The position numbers were made by a program, and so were the translations under genes. This document shows positions 1-14,200 of a DNA stretch of 64,000 nt, one piece after another. The stretch's first letter is position 1; each line of letters begins with the position of its first letter. This DNA is from Balanoglossus misakiensis. Lineage: Eukaryota; Animalia; Hemichordata. The notes below the pieces were generated by a model. The model searched no databases. It saw only the letters and a program-made list of their open reading frames with translations, and was not told the DNA's origin. The stretch is taken from contig CM082578.2 of the NCBI GenBank assembly GCA_040954595.2, positions 1,346,831 to 1,410,830 of the forward strand, given 5' to 3'.

Positions 1-1697
1 TGTCAGGATGGAAAGGGAATGAGGGGAGGACTTTGACAGAAGGGGAGGGGAGAGACCGAATAAGTGAAGGTGAAAGAGGAAGTGGTTAGACAGGAAGAAA
101 GGGAAATTAAAGCTCAATCACCACCACCACCACCACCACAATCATCATCATCACCATCATTGCCATCATCATTCTGGAGGCATCGTGGCCTGTATTGGCC
201 CATGGGCATCATGGGCCAAAAAAACTGATTCAGTGTAAATGTGCATAAACCACACTTTTGTACGAACTCCTGTAACCGGTGACGCAAGTCGTGAGTGAAT
301 TTGTGGGCGTGTCGCGACCTTTTCTGTGAACGTGATGCAGAGTGATATATTGATGACCCCCAGCCACCCCCACACCCTTTGGTAACACACTTCTTAAACT
401 TTCTTTACATAGAATGGACTTCTCAAACCTTCCTTACCAAAGTTCTGATTAAAGACATCTATCTTCTAGGGTACTACCAACAGCGTTTCACGTGACTGTA
501 GACAAGCATCAAGTACCTGTACACAGACAAGGGCGTGCGCGCGTCCACAATAATTTAAAACGAATGTTTCCACCGCCGTGTGTTTTATGCACATAAACAC
601 TGAATCAGCTTTAATATTGTCCCATGATGCCCCGTGAGTTGTCAGGGTACCAAACTGACAATGCTGGAGAAAAAATGAAGTGTTGACATGCATGTTGTTA
701 AGGGGTTTCACAATGCATGTTGCGGACGCAGGTTTCTCTTAGCAATAGAGTAGAGGCGTAATGATGGGTTGATCTTGTGATTAAGAATTTTGGCAAAGAA
801 ACAGAAATTGTGTCATTTAGTTTTGTATTAAACCCTATTCGCGTATTTTGTGTTAAAGCACGAAATACTGCAATAATGAGATACGGTAGTATTTAACACA
901 TATCATATATGATATAATATAGCTTTATCAATACCAGTGAATTTTGTGACGTCATTGCTGTACATTTTTTTATCTTTTATTTAAAACGCACAATGTTACA
1001 TCAACAAATCAAAACAAGAAACGAACTGAAAACTCACATCATAGCTTCAAAATTTATTACACTTTCTGGATGGTTGCATGATTCCTAAGGCTTGTATACC
1101 TTCAACCTCAATGTCACGCGGGAGGATTGGTGTTGGGAATGTAACGGGGAATTAAACTCTATCGATGTGGATAACTCGCTTGGCTAATACTGAGAGGTAC
1201 CTATATGGAATCGTGCTGACGTCCAGATACATCGACACGAACACTGGGTATTTATGGTAGCAACTGAGAATATAAGAATTTAATGAAATAAACCTACTCG
1301 ACCACTTGCGTTCTGAGGACAAGAAGGACACAAATAGTCCGCCATCCAAAAGACCGTTCCAGCATTTTATTTTTACCCGCCAAAAGACGCGGAGATATAT
1401 TTTTAGATGAATGATCCATGTTGTATGCGCCACTTGTGAATTTTTGCGAGTGAGATTCACGGGCGTATGAGCACAATTTATACAAAATATGTTTATCGCT
1501 ATTAGAAAAACGTTCGCGTAGAATCAATGACGTCATGGTAAATTTTAGCTGCATGCTCCAATAGGGATGATAGGGAGACTACTTGTTGTAGAGCACCTGA
1601 AAATGTACGTATTTCGTCACTTCCTTTTCGCGAAATTTAATTCTTAACGGCATCTTAGTTTTAAGATTTGTGATTCCTTTTTTCTTCAGTTGTACAT

Positions 1698-1975
1698 TTG
1701 CATCACGGGATACTTCTTTGTAGACTATCGAACCTTGGCATCTCAGACACAGTACTAACATGGTTTACATCTTACCTTCAATATAGATATCAAACTGTAA
1801 TCATCGAAAACACTGCAAGTTCACAATCACCTCTCGTATACGGGGTGCCACTGCCCCTCTGTTGTTCACCATTTATATAGCCCCACTTTATAGTAAACCG
1901 ATTCGTCCCCACATCCTACAATTTCATCAGTACGCCGATGATAACCAGCGATACCTCGCCTTTTCCCATCAAGAT
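1698..1975 (+). pseudogene. Degraded L2/CR1-type LINE reverse-transcriptase fragment (copies at ~4276-4553 and ~13804-14080)
   Basis: Translation HGILLCRLSNLGISDTVLTWFTSYLQYRYQTV...YGVP followed, after a frameshift, by LFTIYIAP...FHQYADD, typical of non-LTR RT domains. Confidence 0.85.
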
Positions 1976-2033
1976 TCAACCTCTGACGTTCCTGTCTTCT
2001 AAGGATTGTTGAACTTTAATTCATGCAGTTTGT

Positions 2034-2580
2034 TGTTACGGCCGGTCGTCCTCCGGACGTTTACCTCATCGGCTTCTGTGGGGAATCAGCCACGTCCGAA
2101 AGCTGACGGCGTACATTCTCTCCATCTCCTTCTCCACCCAACATATTCATAAAGTCCGAGAGAGGTACCCGGCAGATCGTAAACCTTTCGTAGACAGAGA
2201 CTTGCAACAAGTTTTCCGAGTAACACAAAGTTCTGGTTTATTACTGGTCACACGTAAGAATTACACGACTCGATCCATGGCATATGCTCGTTGACTCCCA
2301 TCACGGATCTCCGGTGATAAACGTGTGATCTCAAATTTCACCACACCTTATTAATACGTTAGTCAAGTATTAAGTCATAAAAGGAACACGTCATCTTGAT
2401 ATTTCTTAAACATGAACTTAGCGCGTGATATCTCTATCTCGTTCTGACATGTATCAATTACACAATCTTGTTTACTCTGGGTCAAGTACCAATGTCAATA
2501 CTGGACTAAAACCATATAAGTGAATGACTTCTTACGTAATCATAAACAAGATCTATGATCGTTAAAACTCAATCGTGACA
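2034..2580 (-). mobile_element. 3' LTR of an LTR retrotransposon (copy 1), preceded by a polypurine tract
   Basis: Inverted termini TGTCACG...CGTAACA on the minus strand, PPT GGAAAAGTGGGAAG immediately 5' of the LTR (2581-2594), AATAAA inside (2237-2242). Confidence 0.7.
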
Positions 2581-4611
2581 CTTCCCACTTTTCCAATAAT
2601 CGAACTTCCACGTTCGATCAAAGAAATAATGAAAACGAAAACCAGAGAGAGAGGAAGTGGTTAGACAGGAAGAAAGGGAAATTAAAGCTCAATCACCACC
2701 ACCACCACCACCACCACAATCATCATCATCACCATCACTGCCATCATCATTCTGGAGGCATCGTGGCCTGTATTGGCCCATGGGCATCATGGGCCAAAAA
2801 AACTGATTCAGTGTAAATGTGCATAAACCACACTTTTGTACGAACTCCTGTAACCGGTGACGCAAGTCGTGAGTGAATTTGTGGGCGTGTCGCGACCTTT
2901 TCTGTGAACGTGATGCAGAGTGATATATTGATGACCCCCAGCCACCCCCACACCCTTTGGTAACACACTTCTTAAACTTTCTTTACATAGAATGGACTTC
3001 TCAAACCTTCCTTACCAAAGTTCTGATTAAAGACATCTATCTTCTAGGGTACTACCAACAGCGTTTCACGTGACTGTAGACAAGCATCAAGTACCTGTAC
3101 ACAGACAAGGGCGTGCGCGCGTCTACAATAATTTAAAACGAATGTTTCCACCGCCGTGTGTTTTATGCACATAAACACTGAATCAGCTTTAATATTGTCC
3201 CATGATGCCCCGTGAGTTGTCAGGGTACCAAACTGACAATGCTCGAGAAAAAATGAAGTGTTGACATGCATGTTGTTAAGGGGTTTCACAATGCATGTTA
3301 CGGACGCAGGTTTCTCTTAGCAATAGAGTAGAGGCGTAAGGATGGGTTGATCTTGTGATTAAGAATTTTGGCAAAGAAACAGAAATTGTGTCATTTAGTT
3401 TTGTATTAAACCCTATTCGCGTATTTTGTGTTAAAGCACGAAATACTGCAATAATGAGATACGGTAGTATTTAACACATATCATATATGATATAATATAG
3501 CTTTATCAATACCAGTGAATTTTGTGACGTCATTGCTGTACATTTTTTTATCTTTTATTTAAAACGCACAATGTTACATCAACAAATCAAAAGAAGAATC
3601 GAACTGAAAACTCACATCATAGCTTCAAAATTTATTACACTTTCTGGATGGTTGCATGATTCCTAAGGCTTGTATACCTTCAACCTCAATGTCACGCGGG
3701 AGGATTGGTGTTGGGAATGTAACGGGGAATTAAACTCTATCGATGGGGATAACTCGCTTGGCTAATACTGAGAGGTACCTATATGGAATCGTGCTGACGT
3801 CCAGATACATCGACACGAACACTGGGTATTTATGGTAGCAACTGAGAATATAAGAATTTAATGAAATAAACCTACTCGACCACTTGCGTTCTGAGGACAA
3901 GAAGGACACAAATAGTCCGCCATCCAAAAGACCGTTCCAGCATTTTATTTTTACCCGCCAAAAGACGCGGAGATATATTTTTAGATGAATGATCCATGTT
4001 GTATGCGCCACTTGTGAATTTTTGCGAGTGAGATTCACGGGCGTTTGAGCACAATTTATACAAAATATGTTTATCGCTATTAGAAAAACGTTCGCGTAGA
4101 ATCAATGACGTCATGGTAAATTTTAGCTGCATGCTCCAATAGGGATGATAGGGAGACTACTTGTTGTAGAGCACCTGAAAATGTACGTATTTCGTCACTT
4201 CCTTTTCGCGAAATTTAATTCTTAACGGCATCTTAGTTTTAAGATTTGTGATTCCTTTTTTCTTCAGTTGTACATTTGCATCACGGGATACTTCTTTGTA
4301 GACTATCGAACCTTGGCATCTCAGACACAGTACTAACATGGTTTACATCTTACCTTCAATATAGATATCAAACTGTAATCATCGAAAACACTGCAAGTTC
4401 ACAGTCACCTCTCGTATACGGGGTGCCACTGCCCCTCTGTTGTTCACCATTTATATAGCCCCACTTTATAGTAAACCGATTCGTCCCCACATCCTACAAT
4501 TTCATCAGTACGCCGATGATAACCAGCGATACCTCGCCTTTTCCCATCAAGATTCAACCTCTGACGTTCCTGTCTTCTAAGGATTGTTGAACTTTAATTC
4601 ATGCAGTTTGT

Positions 4612-5151
4612 TGTTACGGCCGGTCGTCCTCCGGACGTTTACCTCATCGGCTTCTGTGGGGAATCAGCCACGTCCGAAAGCTGACGGCGTACATTCTCTC
4701 CATCTCCTTCTCCACCCAACATATTCATAAAGTCCGAGAGAGGTACCCGGCAGATCGTAAACCTTTCGTAGACAGAGACTTGCAACAAGTTTTCCGAGTA
4801 ACACAAAGTTCTGGTTTATTACTGGTCACACGTAAGAATTACACGACTCGATCCATGCTCGTTGACTCCCATCACGGATCTCCGGTGATAAACGTGTGAT
4901 CTCAAATTTCACCACACCTTATTAATACGTTAGTCAAGTATTAAGTCATAAAAGGAACACGTCATCTTGATATTTCTTAAACATGAACTTAGCGCGTGAT
5001 ATCTCTATCTCGTTCTGACATGTATCAATTACACAATCTTGTTTACTCTGGGTCAAGTACCAATGTCAATACTGGACTAAAACCATATAAGTGAATGACT
5101 TCTTACGTAATCATAAACAAGATCTATGATCGTTAAAACTCAATCGTGACA
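4612..5151 (-). mobile_element. 3' LTR copy 2, with presumed internal 3' region continuing to ~6050 and resuming after 9325
   Basis: Same TG...CA termini and PPT as 2034-2580. No 5' LTR or gag/pol ORF recognised in the window. Confidence 0.65.
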
Positions 5152-6050
5152 CTTCCCACTTTTCCAATAATCGAACTTCCACGTTCGATCAAAGAAAGAA
5201 TGAAAACGAAAACCAGGTCTGCGCTATCGGTTTTAAATACACTACGTCAAAATCAAACTCAATAATCACCTTTAAAATATCACAGCCTGTTCAAACAAAT
5301 TAAAGAAAATCGCATAAAACGTTTTCAATGTCAAAATTCAAAACGACTTCACTGTTCTGACTTCTCGTCAAAGAGTGTCTCTTTTCCAGTGAAAAATTCA
5401 ACAGTCAATAACCGCGTAAAAAAAATTAAGTCTATAGTTCTTTCGTACAAACATTCTCTTCACTGCTGTACTAACGGAGCAGGCACATTCCAAAGATGCT
5501 CTCGAACACAATAACGGTTCCGGATAATACCGCCAAGTACGGAGCATTTCAGAGTGGATCATAATGCAATACAAGCTCGTAATAAACAGTAAAAATGAAT
5601 ACACTTCATCATACTGTCACGTTCAAAAATAACCACGAAACGAATTCTTATGTGAAAGGATGCGTAAGACTACAATAAAATCACGCTTAACTTCAACTAC
5701 TCTCTGGGACTTCTCTCTTGTCCCTCGTATGAACTCACATGTCAACTCAAAGGGCCATTTTCATACGCCAGACCGTCTCCCTTGCGGTCATTAAAACATC
5801 ACGACTTCATCACCAGACCGTCTCTCTTGCGGTCATCACAAAAACTTCAACAACTCCTCAAAAACCTATTAAACTTCACTACACTTCACGGCATCACTTC
5901 AACAAAAGAATACACATTTACAATGTCGAAAACAATGCAAAAACTTGGTGGAAAACAATATCAAATCAAAAGCGGTTAATAACGGTCAGTCAACTCACGT
6001 CTACTAACTCTTCTTATGTGAAAGGATGCGTAAGACTACAATAAAACTCA

Positions 6051-9000
6051 AAGGACCACTCTTCAATGTAAGTCATCATACCCTTCCACCCTGTGATTTT
6101 GATGAACACTCCCCCCCCCCCAGCTTTTTAATTCATTTTGTGTTTCCCATCTAAATGTCAGATCATTACACAGAAACGTTGATGCCTTAAAATTACTATA
6201 TGAAGATATTATCAAGTCCAAATTCGCTATCATTGGAATCTCTGAAGTATGGGACCCAAATAACTTAAGTATTTATAATATGCAAGATTACACATTGGAA
6301 GTGAAGTCTCGTGAAGTAGGAAGGGGCGGTGGGGTTGGGGCTTACATACATTCATCAGTAATCTACAAGCTGCTTCGAGCAAGTGTCAGTCACTCAGAAT
6401 CACTCTGGATGTAGGTACAGGTTAAAAATACGAAGATAATTTATGGGAATAATCTACAGAAAACCTAATACTGATATAACAGAATTTCAAATTAGTCTCA
6501 CGCAAGTTTTAAACGAGCTCAGATGTGACAAAAATAATTGTATTTTAATGGGCGATTTTAATATTGATACTAACATAAGACTGACCAACCCCAATATAGA
6601 TTCATATCTATCCTCCTTGGAATGTATAGGCTTAAGACAGCTGATATCTACCCCAACCAGAGTGACTAGTTCATCTGAAACTTTAATTGACCACATCTAC
6701 ACAAATATTAATCAACGTCCTATTCATGCTGGCACTATAATCACTGATATCTCAGACCATTTCCCTGTGTATACTCTTTTAGAAAATATTCCTCTAAAAT
6801 TGCCACAAAAAGAGAAAATTATTTTCAGAAATTTCAAAAACTATAGTCCCTCTCAATTTTACGAAGATCTTGAAAACACAACATGGGATTCTGTGTACCA
6901 TTGCTCTGATGCTAATGAGGCTTACAACAATTTTTATTCAGTCTTTAATGAAATTTGTGATAAACATGCACCTATTTCTACCAAATCCTATAGTACCAAA
7001 AAAAATAAAAAAAACCTTGGATCACCAAATCACTTAGAAAATCTATTAACACCAAACATAGGCTATATAACAAATTATATAAATCAAAATTTAATAATGC
7101 TGTTGCTGTTGATAATTATAAAAAAATATCGAAATATTTTATCGGCTTTACTCAGGAAAGCCAAACAGATGTACTATAGCAATATTTTTATACAAAATGA
7201 AAATAACACTACTGCAATATGGAAAACAATTAGAGAGATACTTGGAAGCCAAGGTAATGCCAGTCAATCTCTGCCAGATAATGTGTGTGTTAAGTCTAAT
7301 GGTAAGGTACGAACCGTAAATAAGAAAACTGACATTGTCAATGAGCTAAATAACTACTTTGTTGGTATTGGTCCAGACCTTGCTAGTAAAATAAAGTCTA
7401 ACAATTGCAACTTTAATAATTATCTCAAGGCACCCATCTCAAACTCAATCTTTCTTGCCCCAACAACTCAGTTTGAAATACAAAAAATTATTTGTAGCCT
7501 AGATCCTTATAAAGCTTGTGGCCAAGATCAAATTCCTGCTAGACTTCTTATAGATGGAGCTGCTGTAATATCTAAACCATTAGAATACATATTCAACCTC
7601 TCCTTTCATTCAGGAATATTTCCAAAAGCCCTAAAATCAGCAAAAGTTATACCAAGTTTCAAGAAAGGAACCACTGATGATCCAGGAAATTACAGACCAA
7701 TATCAATTTTACCTCTTACAAGCAAAGTCTTAGAAAAAATAGTCAACTCCCGTCTTACCAACTTTGTAGAACAATTGAATATTCTATATCAGTATGCCTT
7801 TCGACAAAAATATAGTACCAAACTCTCTCTGATCAATCTTGTCAATTATCTCATTAAGCAACTTGATGCTGGCAGAATTACACGCATTTTCCTTGACTTT
7901 TCAAAAGCCTTTGATACCATTGATCATACAATATTACTATCTAAACTCTCTCACTATGGTATACGTGGACGTCCTCTACAATGGTTTACAGATTATTTAA
8001 AAGATAGATGTCAACATGTTTGTGCTGATGGCCATATCTAATCTAGCCATAATATTACATGTGGAGTTCCACAGGGATCTGTCCTTGGACCTACTCTATT
8101 TTTATTATTTATTAATGATATAGCCCTTTCAACATCCTTCTTCAACTTTCGGCTGTTTGCTGATGATACAAATCTGTTCCATACCTTCCCTGCAAACAAA
8201 AGTGATATCAATCTGAACCATGTTGACAGCTAGTTACAGCTGGTACTAGATTGGTGCAATGCCAACAAACTCACTATAAATCACTTAAAAACAAATTACA
8301 TTATTTTCAGAAACCAAAGACGAAACTTTTCCCATGTTGGTTCTCTCCACATAAATAATATGGTCATAAATGAGGTAGAAGCTGCATCATTTGTTGGCAT
8401 TCTCATTGACAGGCATCTTACCTGGTCAAAACATATCCAGATGCTAAACACAATCATCAGAAAGAAAGTTGGCATTCTCTTTAAACTCAGACATATTGTA
8501 CCTACCCATAATACTTACCTTACTCTACAAATCACTTATCCAACCACATATAACATACGGCCTCGAAGTATGGGGGTCAACACATCCTTCATATCTCAAC
8601 CGTATTAAGTTATTACAAAAAATGGCAGTAAGAGCAATAACCTTCAGTGATTTCACAGCTCATTCAACTCTTTTATTCCATAAATTGAAAATCCTTGATA
8701 TTTTCAAATGACATAAGCTCCAGGTATGCTCCTTCATGTATGATCTTGTAAACAATAATCTTCCACAAAGGCTGACAACCTACTGTCAATTACCTCTCCA
8801 TGATTACAGCACACGCCACAAAAACCAAGGTAATCTCCATATTCCAAGTGTAAATACAACAATGGGCAAATTTGCAATATCTTATAATGGCCCTCTCTTA
8901 TGGAATTCATTACCAGAACAAATAAAAAACAAAAAATCCCAACAAACTTTCCGGTACTCGCTCAAACAGATGTATTTAGAAAATTAACTATAAATATATA

Positions 9001-9319
9001 TATATTTATATATAGTAGTTCAATTTATACATTCAATGTATTTATTTCATTCAAGTTTAGCTACTGTCTATGTACATAGTTGCCTTTACAGTGTACATGC
9101 CTAATATTGCTTCTCTCTAAGAAATACACTGCCCTCAAAATGAAATGTAACTATTTTTTATACCGCAATGTACAGAGGAATGGGAACAGACTTGACTAGC
9201 ACCTGCTATTTTCTGTTCCCAATTACCCTTTCATTCAACCTGTCTCACTCGTGAGTTATGTAAATACTTTTCAACTTTTCAACAAGGGTAATAAATTGAA
9301 TTGAAATTGAATTGAATTG
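6051..9319 (+). mobile_element. 5'-truncated non-LTR retrotransposon (CR1/L2 group, Crack/Daphne-like) with APE endonuclease + RT
   Basis: Candidate 6-bp TSD AACTCA (6045-6050 and 9320-9325), 3' tail AATAAA + (AATTG)n, EN and RT motifs throughout. Confidence 0.92.
6140..8987 (+). pseudogene. LINE ORF2 (endonuclease/reverse transcriptase), disrupted by stops and frameshifts; longest piece 6443-8041
   Basis: IIGISEVW, GGGVG, MGDFNID, TLIDHIY, ISDHFP (APE); NYRPISIL, FLDFSKAFD, GVPQGSVLGP, LFADD (RT); C-terminal LWNSLP. In-frame stops near 6411 and 8231. Confidence 0.92.
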
Positions 9320-10765
9320 AACTCACGTCATCAGAGTAGACAAAGAAAATACGATCATGCAATATTTCAATGATCAAATCTCCCAAACTATAGATTAAAA
9401 AGGCTGATTATTCAGTTGAATGTCATTCTATCTCAGTTTTTTTTGCGATAGCAGACGATTCAAGAGTCTTCCCTTCTTCATTCCACGAGACCTCTTTTCT
9501 TCGTCGCCAGAACTGCTTCAACTACATGCTTCTGGATACGACGCCCCTCTGATCAAACAACAGATCCATCCTGAAATAGTGCTTCAAATCTTGATATTTT
9601 TCTTTAATTTGACTGAGATAGAAGGTCTTTTCATCCAAATGCATAGATTATGAATTATTTCTCTCAATATATTCAGTGACTACCTCCCGATGATATATAT
9701 CCTCCTGAATTAGTGCTTCAAATTTTGATATTTTTCTTGATATTTTTCTTTAATTTGACTTCAACCGTCACCATTCTCCAAGACTGTAAAAGAAGGGAGA
9801 TGATGATTAACTATTATCAATTTTTTTGCCCCTTGTACTGTCTTTACAACTGGTCGTATAAATCTGATATTTGTTTGGCATGCGAATTTTGGAATATGGA
9901 TGTGTATGATCACAATTATAAGATCCTCAAAATGAAAGATCCTATCATTTCATTTGGTTAATTACCAGTTCATAGGTGAATGAAAATACTGTTACTCACT
10001 TTGAAACCTGACATGTATATATAATAATTCAAAGTATTTATTCGCATATTTTTATATTATTCATGGTGTTATAGATCAATGGAAATTTTTCAAATTAAAT
10101 TCATGTATATAAAATGTAGCAATGTAATGTCATATGTGAAACCCTTAATCTTGATATTGTAATTCATTGTAGAATATGATTATATTGTGTTATTCACTCA
10201 ACTTGTGCATGTATGTTTAAGATTCATGCAAAATTACTTTTTTATACAAACTGTTCCTTTTTGTGTTGTTCGGAGGTGACAACTCATCAACAATGAAATA
10301 AGTTTGGGAAATTTTTGAACAAAGTCATGAAGTGGAATTACTATAAATAAGTTTAATATCTGTTTGAGTTGTCCTGCCAGAAGTCAACATTTTTAGCTTA
10401 TACAAATACTGGTGCAACTACAGAACAGTTGAAGAATTTCATCATTATATTTATGTTTTAATTACAAGTATATCAATTGTACCTTTTCCTTATATTAAAA
10501 GCATATTTTTATTATAATATTTAATTGAATTCTTTGTCTACTTTTTTAAACTGACAATTTGTCATTCATTACCATAACCCTGGAGTGTATTTCACTGTGT
10601 CCAGAGATTCTTCTGTAGTAGTTATAATAAGACATCAAACCAGGTCCAGTAATCAATATTACTCAAGCTAAGCTAATTACCAGGTCCAGGTTCAAAAAAG
10701 AAATAAGTGAAAAACTTACAATTTCAACAGGATCATCTTGAACCACTGCTAAGTGGTAGTACTCG

Positions 10766-11214
10766 CACAGGGGGCTGCAAACATGAAAGTTATAAATGGC
10801 GGAGTTCCTGCATTTTCCCCCAATAAACATTAATTGATGAACAGTCTTTGTGCTTGTTTATTTTTCTGTGTTACCTCCACCTGTCTTAGCAGTTGCTAAT
10901 CCAGAATACAAGCTATTGCATTTCCCATTAAGCACCTGCTAACGACTTAATCTGTGTGCCCCATCCACGGATTTAGTGGATTAAGTAAACATCGGTCAGT
11001 TCTCACTTGGTAAGAGAATACCCAGTACTCGCTGACCGATGTTTACTTTATTAACTTAATCCGTGGATGGGGCACACAGATTAAGTCGTTAGCAGGTGAT
11101 TAATGGGAAATGGATAGCTTTTATTCTGGATTAGCAAATGATAAGACAGGTTGGGAAAACGCAGAATGGAACGTACTTCGCCATTTATAACTTTCATGTT
11201 TGCAGCCCCCTGTG
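10766..11214. mobile_element. Foldback/MITE, almost entirely palindromic
   Basis: CACAGGGGGCTGCAAACATGAAAGTTATAAATGGCG at the left and its reverse complement at the right; inner arms pair up to a short loop near 11000-11030. Confidence 0.85.
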
Positions 11215-14200
11215 GTACTAGGTGTCGGAAATGGGTAAGCACACCCTTCCAGCATGCTACACCCGTTAAGACTGACCCAAAGAGACAGATTTAAGTTGAA
11301 TTTGACTTAACTAACAAATTACTGTTGCAAGTCAAATCCATATTTTGACTTTATCTCCGACTGAGCGCAGCGAGTCTGAGAGACACTCCACGTCTTCCTC
11401 TTCACAAGCAGCCCACTGTTTACATAAGTTTCAGTAGCATCCATAATGGTTCTAAAGTTGGTTGCTCGAGACAATATTTCGGGCAAAACTGGACAGCTGC
11501 CGAAGTTTGGTATTTGGAATGATTGTCAGGTCACCTGTTATTATATGAACGTGAGGTTCACAAGTGTAAATCCAATATTTAACATTACTTAAAGGGACAA
11601 ATTACTCAAATTCTCTTTTGAGCTTATTTGATCAATTGTGTTTGATATGAAATGTGCCTATTATGCTGTTTGACTTCTTTAAACATGCTTAAATACTGGC
11701 CAATAAATAACTCCACTATGTTTGAAATTAAACCAGATAGTACAATAATACATTCCAAATGTCATATGTGATAACATCATGCTTTGGACTTTTTTACTTT
11801 ATATATTACATAACATGTTACGGAGGGGGAGAGAGGTGAGAGAAGGAATGTGAGAAAGGAGAGAAGAAAAGCAAGAGGGCGGAAATGAGAATGTCAGGAT
11901 GGAAAGGGGATGAGGGGAGGACTTTGACAGAAGGGGAGGGGAGAGACCGAATAAGTGAAGGTGAGAGAGGAAGTGGTTAGACAGGAAGAAAGGGAAATTA
12001 AAGCTCAATCACCACCACCACCACCACAATCATCATCATCACCATCATTGCCATCATCATTCTGGAGGCATCGTGGCCTGTATTGGCCCATGGGCATCAT
12101 GGGCCAAAAAAACTGATTCAGTGTAAATGTGCATAAACCACACTTTTGTACGAACTCCTGTAACCGGTGACGCAAGTCGTGAGTGAATTTGTGGGCGTGT
12201 CGCGACCTTTTCTGTGAACGTGATGCAGAGTGATATATTGATGACCCCCAGCCACCCCCACACCCTTTGGTAACACACTTCTTAAACTTTCTTTACATAG
12301 AATGGACTTCTCAAACCTTCCTTACCAAAGTTCTGATTAAAGACATCTATCTTCTAGGGTACTACCAACAGCGTTTCACGTGACTGTAGACAAGCAGCAA
12401 GTACCTGTTCACAGACAAGGGCGTGCGCGCGTCCACAATAATTAACGAATGTTTTTACCGCCGTGTGTTTTATGCACATAAACACTGAATCAGCTTTAAT
12501 ATTGTCCCATGATGCCCCGTGAGTTGTCAGGGTACCAAACTGACAATGCTCGAGAAAAAATGAAGTGTTGACATGCATGTTGATAAGGGGTATCACGTGC
12601 ACAATGCATGTTGCAGACGCTGGTTTCTCTTAGCAATAGAGTAGAGGCGTAAGGATGGGTTGATCTTGTGATTAAGAATTTTGGCAAAGAAACAGAAATT
12701 GTGCCATTTAGTTTTGTATTAAACCCTATTCGCGTATTTTATGTTAAAGCACGAAATACTGCAATAATGAGATACGGTAGTATTTAACACATATCATATA
12801 TGATATAATATAGCTTTATCAATACCAGTGAATTTTGTGACGTCATTTCTGTACATTTTTTTTTCTTTTATTTAAAACGCACAATGTTACATCAACAAAT
12901 CAAAAGAAGAAACGAACTGAAAAGTCACATCATAGCTTCAAAATTTATTACACTTTCTGGATGGTTGCATGATCCCTAAGGCTTGTATACCTTCAACCTC
13001 AATGTCACGCGGGAGGATTGGTGTTAATGTAACGGGGAATTAAACTCTATAGATGGGGATAACTCGCTTGGCTAATACTGAGAGGTACCTATATGGAATC
13101 GTGCTGACGTCCAGATACATCGACACGAACACTGGGTATTTATGGTAGCAACTGAAAATATAAGAATTTAATGAAATAAACCTACTCGACCACTTGCGTT
13201 CTGAGGACAAGAAGGACACAAATAGTCCGCTATCCAAAAGACCGTTCCAGCATTTTATTTTTACCCGTCAAAAGACGCGGAGATATATTTTTAGATGAAA
13301 GATCCATGCATACTCAGATTGCATAGTACTTGTCTTCCTTGTGTTCCTTAAAATAATGAATGTATTGTATTTTCTTTTCTTTTCATCAGGAATGTGATAA
13401 CTTTCTTAACACTTCAAAAGTTTCTTTACTCTTCAATCACTTCTGTCTCAACTGTTAAGTTTAACTTTTACTTCCAAATCTCAGGTCACAAACTTTATAG
13501 ATTGCTAAACAATTTTCTTCCTAGTGTTGTATGCGCCACTTGTGAATTTTTGCGAGTGAGATTCACGGGCGTTTGAGCACAATTTATACAAAAGATGTTT
13601 ATCGCCATTAGAAAAACGTTCGCGTAGAATCAATGACGTCATGGTAAATTTTAGCTGCATGCTCCAATAGGGATGATAGGGAGACTACTTGTTGTAGAGC
13701 ACCTGAAAATGTACGTATTTCGTCACTTCCTTTTCGCGAAATTTAATTCTTAACGGCATCTTAGTTTTAAGATTTGTGATTTCTTTTTTCTTCAGTTGTA
13801 CATTTGCATCACAGGATACTTCTTTGTAGACTATCGAACCTTGGCATCTCAGACACAGTACAAGCATGGTTTACATCTTACCTTCAATATAGATATCAAA
13901 CTGTAATCATCGAAAACACTGCAAGTTCACAGTCACCTCTCGTATACGGGGTGCCACTGGCCCTCTCTTGTTCACCATTTATATAGCCCCAGTTTATAGT
14001 AAACTGATTCGTCCCCACATCGTACAATTTCATCAGTACGCCGATGATAACCAGCGATACCTCGCCTTTTCCCATCAAGATTCAACCTCTGACGTTCCTG
14101 TCTTCTAAGGATTGTTGAACTTTAATTCATGCAGTTTGTTGTTACGGCCGGTCGTCCTCCGGACGTTTACCTCATCGGCTTCTGTGGGGAATCAGCCACG

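Larger units (their letters stand above)
71..5216. repeat. Head-to-tail tandem duplication of a ~2.57-kb unit (71-2645 and 2646-5216)
   Basis: Near-identical sequence and ORFs offset by 2578 (169/2747, 1152/3730, 1698/4276). Junction at ...gaaaaccag|agagagaggaag (2645/2646). Small differences include (CAC)n length and a 7-bp extra gcatatg near 2280. Confidence 0.95.

Noticed and set aside
169-1554. Short ORFs recurring in three copies
   Set aside because: Recurrence is explained by DNA duplication; alternative starts, no motifs, and frame breaks in the third copy.
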